Counted from the stretch's first letter, positions 1 to 7,886 are shown. The stretch is DNA of 20,000 nucleotides from an uncultured virus (IMG/VR IMGVR_UViG_3300024507_000366) (IMGVR_UViG_3300024507_000366); one strand, 5' to 3'. Notes: generated by a model not told the origin, from the sequence alone. A program made the numbers and translations.

Positions 1-1
1 G

Positions 2-79
2 GAGATCATCCCGATCAACCCTGAGACTCCGGTCTTCCAGAGCGTCAAAAAGTTCCGCGCCACCCTCATTAAGAATTAA
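2..79 (+). CDS. 3' end of a gene truncated by the window edge (…EIIPINPETPVFQSVKKFRATLIKN*)
   Basis: Open frame from position 2 to TAA at 77-79, just before the next ATG at 85. Confidence 0.6.
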   Translation, partial: EIIPINPETPVFQSVKKFRATLIKN

Positions 80-84
80 TTAAA

Positions 85-420
85 ATGAACCGCACCGAGC
101 TATTCGCCCATCACGCCGAGCTTTGCAAGAAAGCGTTCAGCATAATGCAAGCGAAGAACAATGATTATGCTGGCAGTAAGGGAGACAACCCATTCGCCAA
201 CTTCCAACGCTGCGAGTCTATGGGCGTCTGCTCGGTAGAGCAGGGCTTTCTGGTGCGAATTGTGGATAAGGTCTCGCGCCTGTCCACGTTCGCAGCAGAT
301 GGCAAGCTGATGGTTCCTAATGAGAGCTATGAGGACGCGATCCTCGACATTATGAACTACTGCGTTCTGATGTCAGCTTACGTCAAGGACAAGAAGACCA
401 AGCTATCAAACGATAGCTGA
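85..420 (+). CDS. DUF1599/Nmad1-like all-alpha protein (nucleotide-modification associated, phage)
   Basis: KNNDYAG..NPFANF, GFLVRIVDKVSRL and ESYEDAILDIMNY motifs. Confidence 0.7.
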   Translation: MNRTELFAHHAELCKKAFSIMQAKNNDYAGSKGDNPFANFQRCESMGVCSVEQGFLVRIVDKVSRLSTFAADGKLMVPNESYEDAILDIMNYCVLMSAYVKDKKTKLSNDS

Positions 421-669
421 ACCAACGAATCGATAACCAGCATCATAAGGCTGAACTAGTAAACCTGTGGGTAGGTTCAGCTTTATGATCTTGCTGTTGT
501 ATTCCCTGATCAGGTGATCGTTGAAATCCTGATAGGTGCTAGATCCAGTTGCGTTATAGCCAGTTGCGGAGTACAAACCAGTAATTTCGGCCCGATAAGC
601 TACCCAAGCACCGGACGTTACGGTATAATCGTTATGAATCTCTGCTTGAAGAAGGCGCGGGCTGTCCAT
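406..669 (-). CDS. hypothetical protein (lone reverse-strand gene)
   Basis: 87-aa ORF filling the gap, AT-rich upstream region, convergent overlap with 85..420. Confidence 0.65.
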   Translation of the reverse strand: MDSPRLLQAEIHNDYTVTSGAWVAYRAEITGLYSATGYNATGSSTYQDFNDHLIREYNSKIIKLNLPTGLLVQPYDAGYRFVGSAIV

Positions 670-763
670 ATATTTTATTACACTTAATGTCAGTTTTCAG
701 TATTCTTTTATTTATTGTTTTTACCATATACTTGCTACAAAAACCTAATCACTTCATCAACAA

Positions 764-1117
764 ATGAACACCAGAAAGATTCTCATAAATGCGGACTACG
801 GAGGGTTCGATCTCTCGGAGCAAGCTTGCGAGCTTTACCTTAGTAAGAAAAACCTTGCGTTTTCCAAGATTCCAAGAGAAAACCCTCTGTTTGGCAACAA
901 GTGTTCGTTCCAAGTTGGAGGCGACTACTGGTCTGCCTACAAAGTTCAGCGCGATGATCCAGTCCTAATCGAAGTTGTCGAAGAGCTTGGCTTGGAGAAG
1001 TCTGCTGGCGTGTTTGCCTCGCTGAAGATTGTGGAGATTCCCCTTGACGTTGAGTGGGAGATTTTTGAGTATGACGGCGTCGAGGAGATTCACGAAAAAA
1101 AGCGCAAGTGGAGCTAA
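764..1117 (+). CDS. conserved phage hypothetical protein
   Basis: INADYGGFDLS…RDDPVLIEVVEELG…LKIVEIP…WEIFEYDGVE pattern of a widespread viral family. Confidence 0.8.
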   Translation: MNTRKILINADYGGFDLSEQACELYLSKKNLAFSKIPRENPLFGNKCSFQVGGDYWSAYKVQRDDPVLIEVVEELGLEKSAGVFASLKIVEIPLDVEWEIFEYDGVEEIHEKKRKWS

Positions 1118-1118
1118 T

Positions 1119-1337
1119 ATGTCCGAAGACGCCCATTCAGACCAGATGACAATCGTGATTTGCCAATGCTGCGAATCACAGTTCAGTCCCCAAGTTGAGC
1201 AAGTTCGTCAAGACGTTGACTTAGGTTACGTCTGCTCGGACTGCTTCATCCAACTCAGATGGGCTGGAGCGCGCCTCAAGGTCGCGACAATGAACCGCTG
1301 CACCAAGGCTCACAACAGCAGGGGCAACAACATTTAA
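1119..1337 (+). CDS. small Zn-ribbon protein
   Basis: ATG at 1119 right after upstream stop; CQCC…CSDC. Confidence 0.65.
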   Translation: MSEDAHSDQMTIVICQCCESQFSPQVEQVRQDVDLGYVCSDCFIQLRWAGARLKVATMNRCTKAHNSRGNNI

Positions 1338-1338
1338 A

Positions 1339-1641
1339 ATGAATTTTAAACCACTCCCCGAGGAACTGACCAATCACGGGTACAAGATGAAGATGGTAAA
1401 GCGCACTGATCTGGTCGCAATGTATTCCAAGTGCGGCGGCTTTGAGGTCGTTGCTGTTCAACGCCACAACGGCTATGAGATCAAGGGCGTCAAGGTCGAG
1501 CCTGCCGAATATCTCCCCAAGGACGAAGACTTTGGGACAAAGGGCTGGTTCTTCTCTGGTCCGAATGGCCGCGAAATGGCGGAAGAAAAGTTCTCCGAAT
1601 TGCAAAAAAGCCTCTTGACTAAGAGCAAGCTTTCTGATTAA
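1339..1641 (+). CDS. hypothetical protein
   Basis: 100-aa ORF tightly packed with neighbours. Confidence 0.75.
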   Translation: MNFKPLPEELTNHGYKMKMVKRTDLVAMYSKCGGFEVVAVQRHNGYEIKGVKVEPAEYLPKDEDFGTKGWFFSGPNGREMAEEKFSELQKSLLTKSKLSD

Positions 1642-1679
1642 CTCTCAGCGTCAAATCAACCTAGTCTCACCTACTAACT

Positions 1680-2048
1680 ATGTTCTACACAATCGCAAAC
1701 GAAGATCCGGTAGTCACGACGGTTCCAAACGACTACTTTTCCACTACGTTCTCCGCAACTCGACGGCACAAGGGTATCCACGTTTACATCTTGGATAACA
1801 AGGATCAGAGAATCGGCGTCCTTGCCGTCACTGATGGCTACTATGACGACAAGAACGTTGTGATTGGCTGGTCTCTCTGCAACTTCACCGCAGGCGACCG
1901 CTTCGACACTGAGCTTGGTCTGAAGATCGCCTACGAGCGTTCTGCCAAGCACTCCATCGCGCCGCTCCCGATGTCCATTCTTCCCCGCTACGAGGCTTTC
2001 CTCCATCGCGTGAAGAAGTATTACAAGAATAAAACGGTTATTTGCTAA
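1680..2048 (+). CDS. phage hypothetical protein with GxSxC…DxF…GxxIAxxR motif
   Basis: IGWSLCN…GDRFDTELGLKIAYER; phage-like codon usage. Confidence 0.7.
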   Translation: MFYTIANEDPVVTTVPNDYFSTTFSATRRHKGIHVYILDNKDQRIGVLAVTDGYYDDKNVVIGWSLCNFTAGDRFDTELGLKIAYERSAKHSIAPLPMSILPRYEAFLHRVKKYYKNKTVIC

Positions 2049-2066
2049 CCTAGAGCCTCACCTAAA

Positions 2067-2312
2067 ATGGACGAGAACGCGCCAATCGCCCAAGCGGCGT
2101 CTGACTCTTACGGCGACGGTTCACCTTCCGCCGCCGCAACGTCCGTCATCCAAACCTACAACTACATCTTCCAGAAGTACCGCAGGGAATTTGAGGAGTC
2201 GTTGACCTACGACGAGACCAAGGACCGTAAGTACCAGAAGGAGATGCGAAAGCTTGCGAGAGAAAGGCAACGTCAAGCTGAGATCGATCAGATTGAAAAA
2301 GATCGCGGCTAG
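2067..2312 (+). CDS. hypothetical protein, charged helical C-terminus
   Basis: 81-aa ORF in operon context. Confidence 0.65.
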   Translation: MDENAPIAQAASDSYGDGSPSAAATSVIQTYNYIFQKYRREFEESLTYDETKDRKYQKEMRKLARERQRQAEIDQIEKDRG

Positions 2313-2331
2313 TTTTTATTAATTATTTTTC

Positions 2332-2406
2332 GTCTCTATAGTTTAACGGATAAAACCGTGGATTTCTAATCCACTAATCAGGGTTCGATTCCCTGTGGAG
2401 ACGCCA
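2332..2406 (+). tRNA. tRNA-Arg(UCU)
   Basis: Acceptor GTCTCTA/TGGAGAC, anticodon arm GTGGA-TTTCTAA-TCCAC, T arm CAGGG-TTCGATT-CCCTG, encoded CCA. Confidence 0.93.
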
Positions 2407-2413
2407 AATTTCA

Positions 2414-2953
2414 GTGCAGCACATCTGTTTAAATTGCAAGACAGAGTTTGTTAACTCTGACAAACGAAGTAAGTTTTGTAAGCAATCCTGCGCTGCGGTT
2501 TACAACAACAAGCTTTTTCCAAAAAGGAAAAGGCTGCGTAAATGCAAGAATTGTGATAACCTTGTCAAATCTGGCCGAACTTATTGCGAGACCTGTGTTT
2601 CTAAAAAAATCCATTTTTGTAAAAACGGAATGATTAAAAATGGATTGATCGAGGACAGAACTCTTGAAGAAGAAGTTTTCTTAAAAAAGCACAGAGGCGC
2701 TAACAGATACGACCACATCAGACAGCACGCCCAGCGTGTAATGAAAGACGAAAAACGCGCCTGCCAGTGCGGTTACGACAAGCACGTTGAAGTTTGCCAC
2801 ATAAAAGCCATAAGGGACTTCGATTTAAAAACAAAAATAAAAGACATTAACTCAAAGGAGAATCTCGTTCTCCTATGCCCCAACTGCCACTGGGAGTTTG
2901 ACAATGGACTTTTGACCCTAAAAAATGTTGGTAATTCGCAGAGCAACGCTTGA
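2414..2953 (+). CDS. HNH endonuclease with N-terminal Zn-binding motifs (putative free-standing homing endonuclease)
   Basis: EVCHIK…NSKENLVLLCPNCHWEFD HNH motif; several CxxC pairs; starts 8 nt after the tRNA CCA. Confidence 0.85.
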   Translation: MQHICLNCKTEFVNSDKRSKFCKQSCAAVYNNKLFPKRKRLRKCKNCDNLVKSGRTYCETCVSKKIHFCKNGMIKNGLIEDRTLEEEVFLKKHRGANRYDHIRQHAQRVMKDEKRACQCGYDKHVEVCHIKAIRDFDLKTKIKDINSKENLVLLCPNCHWEFDNGLLTLKNVGNSQSNA

Positions 2954-3103
2954 CAGACGATCCTACACTGTGATAATGTTAAGGGGCGAAGAGCCAAAGT
3001 GGATTCCAACAACTGACTACGAGCACCAACGAATTTTAGAAATCTACAAGCAAGATAGACGCTACGACGGCATCCTTAACGACTTTTCAGACTACGACAT
3101 CAA

Positions 3104-3328
3104 ATGAATATCAAAAAAGGTTTTGTAATCGAGTTCAACGTGCGGGGCGACAATGGGAAAAAGTATCCAAACTCCGTGATGACGAGCGAAGAATTTGGCA
3201 CAGAAGTGTTCAATGACTTGACAGAAGGCGAGCAAGCTGGTAGTGTATCTACAGACAGAGATATTGAAGGCATCGTTGGCTTCAACACCCCTGTCAAATA
3301 CGACCGCGCATTCGTTATTTTAAATTAA
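3104..3328 (+). CDS. hypothetical protein
   Basis: 74-aa ORF; ATGA overlap with a short upstream ORF ending at 3107. Confidence 0.6.
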   Translation: MNIKKGFVIEFNVRGDNGKKYPNSVMTSEEFGTEVFNDLTEGEQAGSVSTDRDIEGIVGFNTPVKYDRAFVILN

Positions 3329-3334
3329 TTTTAT

Positions 3335-3411
3335 CGTCCCATAGCTCAATTGGTTAGAGCAAGCTCTTTATAAGGGCTAGGTTCTGGGTTCAAGCCCCAG
3401 TGGGACCACCA
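3335..3411 (+). tRNA. tRNA-Ile(UAU), C1:C72 mismatch
   Basis: CGTCCCA/TGGGACC acceptor, GCTC/GAGC D stem, AGCTC-TTTATAA-GGGCT anticodon arm, CTGGG-TTCAAGC-CCCAG T arm, ACCA end. Confidence 0.9.
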
Positions 3412-3419
3412 ATTTCACA

Positions 3420-3644
3420 ATGTCTTACGTTCAATTAACTGAAGCCCAACTCTATGACCTTGGAAGTCGCGGTTTACCGTATGACGACAGGAATATTCTG
3501 AGGCTTCATATCCTGCATCTTCGTCACGAACACGATATGAATGTTCGTGATATTGCGAAGAGGATGGGAATGAAAATGAAGACGGTACAAAAGTATTTGA
3601 AGTCCGATTCTGTCGAATTGCAAAAGTTTAGACCTGAGTTTTAA
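3420..3644 (+). CDS. small helix-turn-helix protein
   Basis: MNVRDIAKRMGMKMKTVQKYL HTH pattern. Confidence 0.7.
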   Translation: MSYVQLTEAQLYDLGSRGLPYDDRNILRLHILHLRHEHDMNVRDIAKRMGMKMKTVQKYLKSDSVELQKFRPEF

Positions 3645-3650
3645 AATTTC

Positions 3651-3725
3651 GGTGCTATAGCTCAATGGTAGAGCAGCGTCCTTTTAAGTCGTTGGTTCTG
3701 GGTTCAAATCCCAGTGGCACCACCA
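3651..3725 (+). tRNA. tRNA-Lys(UUU)
   Basis: GGTGCTA/TGGCACC acceptor, anticodon loop CTTTTAA, CTGGG-TTCAAAT-CCCAG T arm, ACCA end. Confidence 0.93.
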
Positions 3726-3730
3726 ATTTT

Positions 3731-3841
3731 GGCGTAGGGCTAAGACGGTTCGATTCCGTCGTCATCTTGGCCGATGTTTAATAGCCGATATGGACAAGGC
3801 AATGCATCTGCCATCAAGGTTCGATTCCTTGCGCGCCATCA
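3731..3841 (+). ncRNA. tRNA-like structured RNA with two T-arm hairpins
   Basis: GACGG-TTCGATT-CCGTC (3744-3760) and CAAGG-TTCGATT-CCTTG (3815-3831); ends GGCGT/GCGCC pair; two internal hairpins; starts 5 nt after tRNA-Lys. Confidence 0.6.
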
Positions 3842-3867
3842 ATTCTCTTAATCAAGAAATAAATCAT

Positions 3868-4056
3868 ATGGAACACCCTCTATATTATGCCATTGATTAT
3901 GATCTTAATGTGATCAAGTTGGGCTATTTTGACAACTACCATCTTGCTTGTCTTTATGCTGAAAAAAAGGAGATTGAGTTTATGAAAATTTTCAATCACG
4001 CTGAACTGGTTACTCTTTACAATAACATTGATGCTGCCACATCAGATTGGTCTTAA
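3868..4056 (+). CDS. hypothetical protein (MEHPLYYAID…)
   Basis: Internal ATG of ORF 3790..4056 after an AT-rich leader; the upstream part overlaps the tRNA-like RNA. Confidence 0.6.
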   Translation: MEHPLYYAIDYDLNVIKLGYFDNYHLACLYAEKKEIEFMKIFNHAELVTLYNNIDAATSDWS

Positions 4057-4112
4057 CCGTTAGATGATAGCGGCATAAAATGGAGCCTTCATTGGTTAGA
4101 CAACCTTTTACT

Positions 4113-4140
4113 TGACTTCCTTCAATCCTTCAAATACACT
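4113..4140 (+). promoter_or_regulatory. sigma70-like promoter TTGACT…TACACT, 9 nt before ATG 4150
   Basis: Direct motif match with 16-17 bp spacer. Confidence 0.6.
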
Positions 4141-4149
4141 GATCGCACA

Positions 4150-4347
4150 ATGAAAATCACAACCAAAAAGTCCAAGTCTGTCCGACTTGTTGCCGAAAGC
4201 TACGAAGACCGTTGCCTGCTGACCGAAATCAGCCGCAAGATGAACAACAATGCGTGCTATCACGAATACATTGACACTTCAGCATTTGACCGTCACGAAC
4301 GTGTCACTGAACTGACCCTGTGCATTACAGAGCCCGTTAACTCTTAA
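4150..4347 (+). CDS. hypothetical protein
   Basis: 65-aa ORF directly after a promoter. Confidence 0.65.
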   Translation: MKITTKKSKSVRLVAESYEDRCLLTEISRKMNNNACYHEYIDTSAFDRHERVTELTLCITEPVNS

Positions 4348-4391
4348 CGCTTTTAATGTTGACTTTCGCCGTGAATTTTTACTATTAATTA

Positions 4392-4730
4392 ATGAAGCAA
4401 TGCCGCCGCTGCGGGACCATAAAAGAAATCGAACAGTTCCCATTCTTTTCTGGTCAGCAGACGGGGCGCAAAAACACCTGTACGGAATGCACGAAAGAGT
4501 TGTCTCGGTTAAGAGCAAAGCTCAAGACCGAGAATCCTCCACCAGCAGCGGGCGAATGCCCTATTTGCAGCACTCACACCGAAATCTGGATACTGGATCA
4601 CTGTCACTTCACGAATGAGTTTCGGGGCTACATCTGCAACAACTGCAATCTCGCGCTTGGCAGATTCAACGACGACGAAAAATTGTTGAGAAAAGCTATT
4701 GACTATTTGAACGGAAAAAATAGAGTGTAG
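4392..4730 (+). CDS. endonuclease VII family protein
   Basis: CPIC…ILDHCH…FRGYICNNCNLALGRFNDD…LRKAIDYL; N-terminal CRRC…CTEC Zn finger. Confidence 0.88.
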   Translation: MKQCRRCGTIKEIEQFPFFSGQQTGRKNTCTECTKELSRLRAKLKTENPPPAAGECPICSTHTEIWILDHCHFTNEFRGYICNNCNLALGRFNDDEKLLRKAIDYLNGKNRV

Positions 4731-4736
4731 GTAAAT

Positions 4737-4813
4737 GGCCGTATAGACCAACCGGCAGAGTCAAGTCACTTAAAATGACTGTAGTGTGGGTTCGAATCCC
4801 TCTGCGGCTACCA
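4737..4813 (+). tRNA. tRNA-Leu(UAA) with short variable loop
   Basis: GGCCGTA/TGCGGCT acceptor, AGTCA-CTTAAAA-TGACT anticodon arm, GTGGG-TTCGAAT-CCCTC T arm, ACCA end. Confidence 0.88.
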
Positions 4814-4820
4814 ATTTAAA

Positions 4821-4997
4821 ATGATTAAAATTATTCTGATGCCTTTTCGCGCAGCTTTGGCTGCTGCTGTTGTCATCGCATTTTCTCCTGTTCTTTTGAT
4901 CGCGCTGATTGTCGATCACTCGATCATCAGTTCAGAATTATGGAAAGACGTTTTTAATTTTGTTATTCACGGTTCAAACGAAGCTTACTGGGACTAA
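4821..4997 (+). CDS. small membrane protein (MIKIILMPFRAALAAAVVIAFSPVLLIALIV…)
   Basis: 58-aa ORF read manually, below the track cutoff; hydrophobic N-half; abuts next ATG. Confidence 0.6.
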   Translation: MIKIILMPFRAALAAAVVIAFSPVLLIALIVDHSIISSELWKDVFNFVIHGSNEAYWD

Positions 4998-4998
4998 A

Positions 4999-5337
4999 AT
5001 GAAAAACACGACTAACACCCTCATTGGGGCAATCGCCATCTTGGCGATCATTACTATCTTCTCGCTAGAGACGAGAACGAATGCGGCTAGCGAGGTCTAT
5101 GACGAGCCTTCGCCGCAGATGCTGCTCTCCGAGGAGCACGCCGAAAGCATCATTTCCATCATTCAGACAGAAGGCTTTGATGCGGCGTTTACTCATTACT
5201 CCAACTACCGCGACATCTCCGACCCGCACTTCCACTACTTGCGACAGAACTATATCGATGCTGCTGCGGAACTTATGAGTTATCTTGCAGCTTCCTCTGG
5301 AAAGACTTTCGAGCCACCGTACTATTTAAAGAAATAA
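4999..5337 (+). CDS. exported or membrane-anchored hypothetical protein
   Basis: ATG 4999; N-terminal hydrophobic segment LIGAIAILAIITIF. Confidence 0.7.
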   Translation: MKNTTNTLIGAIAILAIITIFSLETRTNAASEVYDEPSPQMLLSEEHAESIISIIQTEGFDAAFTHYSNYRDISDPHFHYLRQNYIDAAAELMSYLAASSGKTFEPPYYLKK

Positions 5338-5338
5338 A

Positions 5339-5761
5339 ATGAGAGATACTGCCAAAATATCCTTCGCGCTATTCTTCTGCGTAGCAATTCTGTTCTCACT
5401 AATCTTTTCACAGGAGAAGCCAACGCCAACAACCGCAGCAGTAGTATCGCCGGACACTTACTCTGCTGTTGAAGGACAAGTGGTAGAAATGAGTGCGACT
5501 GCTGAAGGGGACACTCCACTGACCTTTCAGTGGTACAAGAAAGGGTTAACGGATATTTTGGTTGGCGTCGGTCCGACATACACCATCCAAAACGCCAGAG
5601 TTTCTGATACCGGCACCTACTACGTATCTGCAACAAATTCTATTGGAGTTGCCCAAAGTAACATCGTAACGCTTAACGTCTCTCCCGCCCCCACAATCAC
5701 AAACCCGCCGTCATTCATTTACATCGAAGCCCGCGACGACATTCGCCCAACATCATCGTGA
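5339..5761 (+). CDS. secreted immunoglobulin (I-set-like) domain protein
   Basis: Signal peptide; ATAEGDTPLTFQWYKKG…TYTIQNARVSDTGTYYVSATNSIG Ig signature. Confidence 0.85.
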   Translation: MRDTAKISFALFFCVAILFSLIFSQEKPTPTTAAVVSPDTYSAVEGQVVEMSATAEGDTPLTFQWYKKGLTDILVGVGPTYTIQNARVSDTGTYYVSATNSIGVAQSNIVTLNVSPAPTITNPPSFIYIEARDDIRPTSS

Positions 5762-6297
5762 AGAAATCATTTTTTATCATTTTTATTCTCGCAGTTTTTT
5801 TTTGCTTCTCCGCGCCAGCCTGCTCACGAAAATCGGATGAGCCTCCGATGTTCAATGGGCAAACCATCAACAAGTTAAGCTTGATGGTTGCTTACAACAT
5901 CCCGACAACCGGCAAAGCTTCTTATGCTGTCGTCAATCGGGACTGGGTGCTGTGGGCCTACGACGATTACCGCAAATGGTTAGGCAGCGGAGCTTATGGA
6001 GTAACAAAGTGGGACGACCGATCCCAATGCACCCTGTTTGCAACCGCTTTTGAAGTTTACTGCCAGCTTGCGTTCTTCCGCCAAGGCTTTCACAGCGACA
6101 TTCAAGCGCAGGGAATTGCAGTTGGAACTGTATGGTATTTCACGTTCACTCCTATGCAGCAAGGAATGTTGGAAGGTCACGCAGTCAATCAGATCATCAC
6201 GCAGAATGGGATGGAATACTTTGAGCCACAAACCGGCAAGTTTATCCAGTTGACAGAGGGTCAAAGACTGTCAACTTACTTCTCAAAATTCGACTAA
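5758..6297 (+). CDS. exported papain/transglutaminase-like protein (MOA C-terminal-like, Cys-His-Glu)
   Basis: Signal or lipoprotein-like N-terminus; SQCTLFA, GHAVN and YFEPQ motifs. Confidence 0.6.
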   Translation: MKKSFFIIFILAVFFCFSAPACSRKSDEPPMFNGQTINKLSLMVAYNIPTTGKASYAVVNRDWVLWAYDDYRKWLGSGAYGVTKWDDRSQCTLFATAFEVYCQLAFFRQGFHSDIQAQGIAVGTVWYFTFTPMQQGMLEGHAVNQIITQNGMEYFEPQTGKFIQLTEGQRLSTYFSKFD

Positions 6298-6941
6298 TGA
6301 AAATCGCTGTCCTGTCTGACACTCACGGCAAACACTTTGGCATCCAAGTGCCAGACGCCGACACGGTTATTCACTGCGGAGACTTTTGTGATTTCGGGCA
6401 AATCAAAGACGCAATGTCGTTCTTGAATTGGTTTAACTGCTTACCGCACAAGAATAAAATTTTTATTGCTGGCAATCACGACCTTGCCTTTGAGAAAGAA
6501 AGCTTCATCAAAAACTTACTAAAGCACGATTATCCGCAGTTAACTTACCTTGAAGACAGTGGGTGCGAAATCGAAGGAGTAAAGTTTTGGGGCTCGCCAG
6601 TTTCCCCACGTTTCTTCAACTGGGCGTTTAACCGGACTCGCGGCGCGGAGATCCGCCGCCATTGGGATATGATCCCTGCGGATACAGACGTTTTGATCAC
6701 GCACGGTCCACCTTATCAAATTCTTGATCGTGCTCCAAGGGGAAACTCTTACGATCACGTTGGGTGCAGAGACTTGCTCGACAAGATAGTTCTACTGAGT
6801 CCGAAACTTCATTTGTTTGGGCACATCCACGCTGATGGAGGTAAAAGCTTTGTGAGCGGAATGAACACAATTTTCTGTAACGCTTCCATCGTGAGCGAGG
6901 ACTACAGCGTCACCAATCAGCCGCAAGTTTTTATTATTTAA
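6297..6941 (+). CDS. calcineurin-like metallophosphoesterase (MPPED/239FB-like)
   Basis: SDTHG, HCGDF, AGNHD, THGPP and FGHIH motifs. Confidence 0.92.
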   Translation: MKIAVLSDTHGKHFGIQVPDADTVIHCGDFCDFGQIKDAMSFLNWFNCLPHKNKIFIAGNHDLAFEKESFIKNLLKHDYPQLTYLEDSGCEIEGVKFWGSPVSPRFFNWAFNRTRGAEIRRHWDMIPADTDVLITHGPPYQILDRAPRGNSYDHVGCRDLLDKIVLLSPKLHLFGHIHADGGKSFVSGMNTIFCNASIVSEDYSVTNQPQVFII

Positions 6942-6943
6942 AA

Positions 6944-7126
6944 ATGAACCAGTTCAAAGAGGCGTCGATGGAAGATGTCAACGCTGCTGCTGTTGCTGCA
7001 ATTTCTTGCCTTGAACAGCTAAAAGTGCTTGACAGTAACGATCCGAAGCACGATGCTTTGTTCAACCAATTAACCGCAGTGATGGAAAAGTATTTCAATT
7101 ATCCCGATTACCAAGGCTTCCAATGA
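6944..7126 (+). CDS. hypothetical protein
   Basis: 60-aa ORF, ATGA-coupled to the next gene. Confidence 0.6.
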   Translation: MNQFKEASMEDVNAAAVAAISCLEQLKVLDSNDPKHDALFNQLTAVMEKYFNYPDYQGFQ

Positions 7127-7611
7127 AAACCAAGAAAGATATCCAACACTACAAAGACGAAGCTGAACGCTATCGTTACCTTTTTGGCTGGCGTTTCAAT
7201 GGCGAATATGCAGTCGCTGCTCGCGCAGCCGCAAAGGAAGACCAGCGTTTGTATCGTAAGGTTGGCAAGAAGTTCGTCCCCGTGAATGACCCCTATGCTT
7301 ACGATGGTCTTCGCAATGGCTTCTGGCTAATCCAAGTCAAAGATGGCTCCACTTCCATCCGTCAAGAGATCTATCCCGACAAGGCTTCGCTCCACGCCGC
7401 TGCTCGTTTGATGGAGGACAAGCTGGTACAGATTATTTGTAAGGCTTGTGAAGCTCGCCCTAACCAGACAGAGCTTTCTCCCCAAGAAAAGAAAGATTGG
7501 GAGGCTTTTATGAAGAAGCACGGGCAGTCTTTCAACACTCTATCTTATCCTTCGATACAAGAAAGTGCCGAAAAGATTGTGAAGACTCTGATTGGGGAGG
7601 AACAGCCGTGA
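7123..7611 (+). CDS. hypothetical protein
   Basis: 162-aa ORF; ends EEQP with GTGA overlap into the next gene. Confidence 0.75.
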   Translation: MKTKKDIQHYKDEAERYRYLFGWRFNGEYAVAARAAAKEDQRLYRKVGKKFVPVNDPYAYDGLRNGFWLIQVKDGSTSIRQEIYPDKASLHAAARLMEDKLVQIICKACEARPNQTELSPQEKKDWEAFMKKHGQSFNTLSYPSIQESAEKIVKTLIGEEQP

Positions 7612-7886
7612 GCGATACACCGAGAACGGATGCTGCGGTTGCCCTAACTAGTCAGCACCGTTATGACGATAGTTTCGGTGATCCAATCTTCGGTTGGGTT
7701 ACTGCCAATTTTGCTCGCCAACTCGAGCGCGAGATCGCTAGACTGCGAGCCGACCAACTGCGCATTGATTGGCTGGAGCTCTCTCCCGATAAAAGGCTAA
7801 ACGCCGTGCACGACCTGTGGTGCAATAACGGAGACATCAGTAATGTTCGCCAAGCCATCGACGCCGCACGAAAGGAGCAGCCGTGA
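7608..7886 (+). CDS. MSDTPRTD-family modular phage protein
   Basis: GTG start after GGAGG; SDTPRTD…FARQLEREIARLR…DWL…AIDAARKEQP. Confidence 0.75.
   Translation: MSDTPRTDAAVALTSQHRYDDSFGDPIFGWVTANFARQLEREIARLRADQLRIDWLELSPDKRLNAVHDLWCNNGDISNVRQAIDAARKEQP

Noticed and set aside
2358..2374. First tRNA read as a CUA amber suppressor (…TTTCTAA…)
   Set aside because: The stem GTGGA/TCCAC centres the 7-nt loop on TCT (Arg), and ORFs ending in TAG (e.g. 2312, 4730) look normally terminated.
3790..3867. 5' extension of ORF 3790..4056
   Set aside because: It overlaps the tRNA-like RNA; ATG 3868 after an AT-rich leader is the more plausible start.
4051..4100. Small possible three-way junction after the 4056 stop
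   Set aside because: Stems are short and could arise by chance; no second copy to support it.
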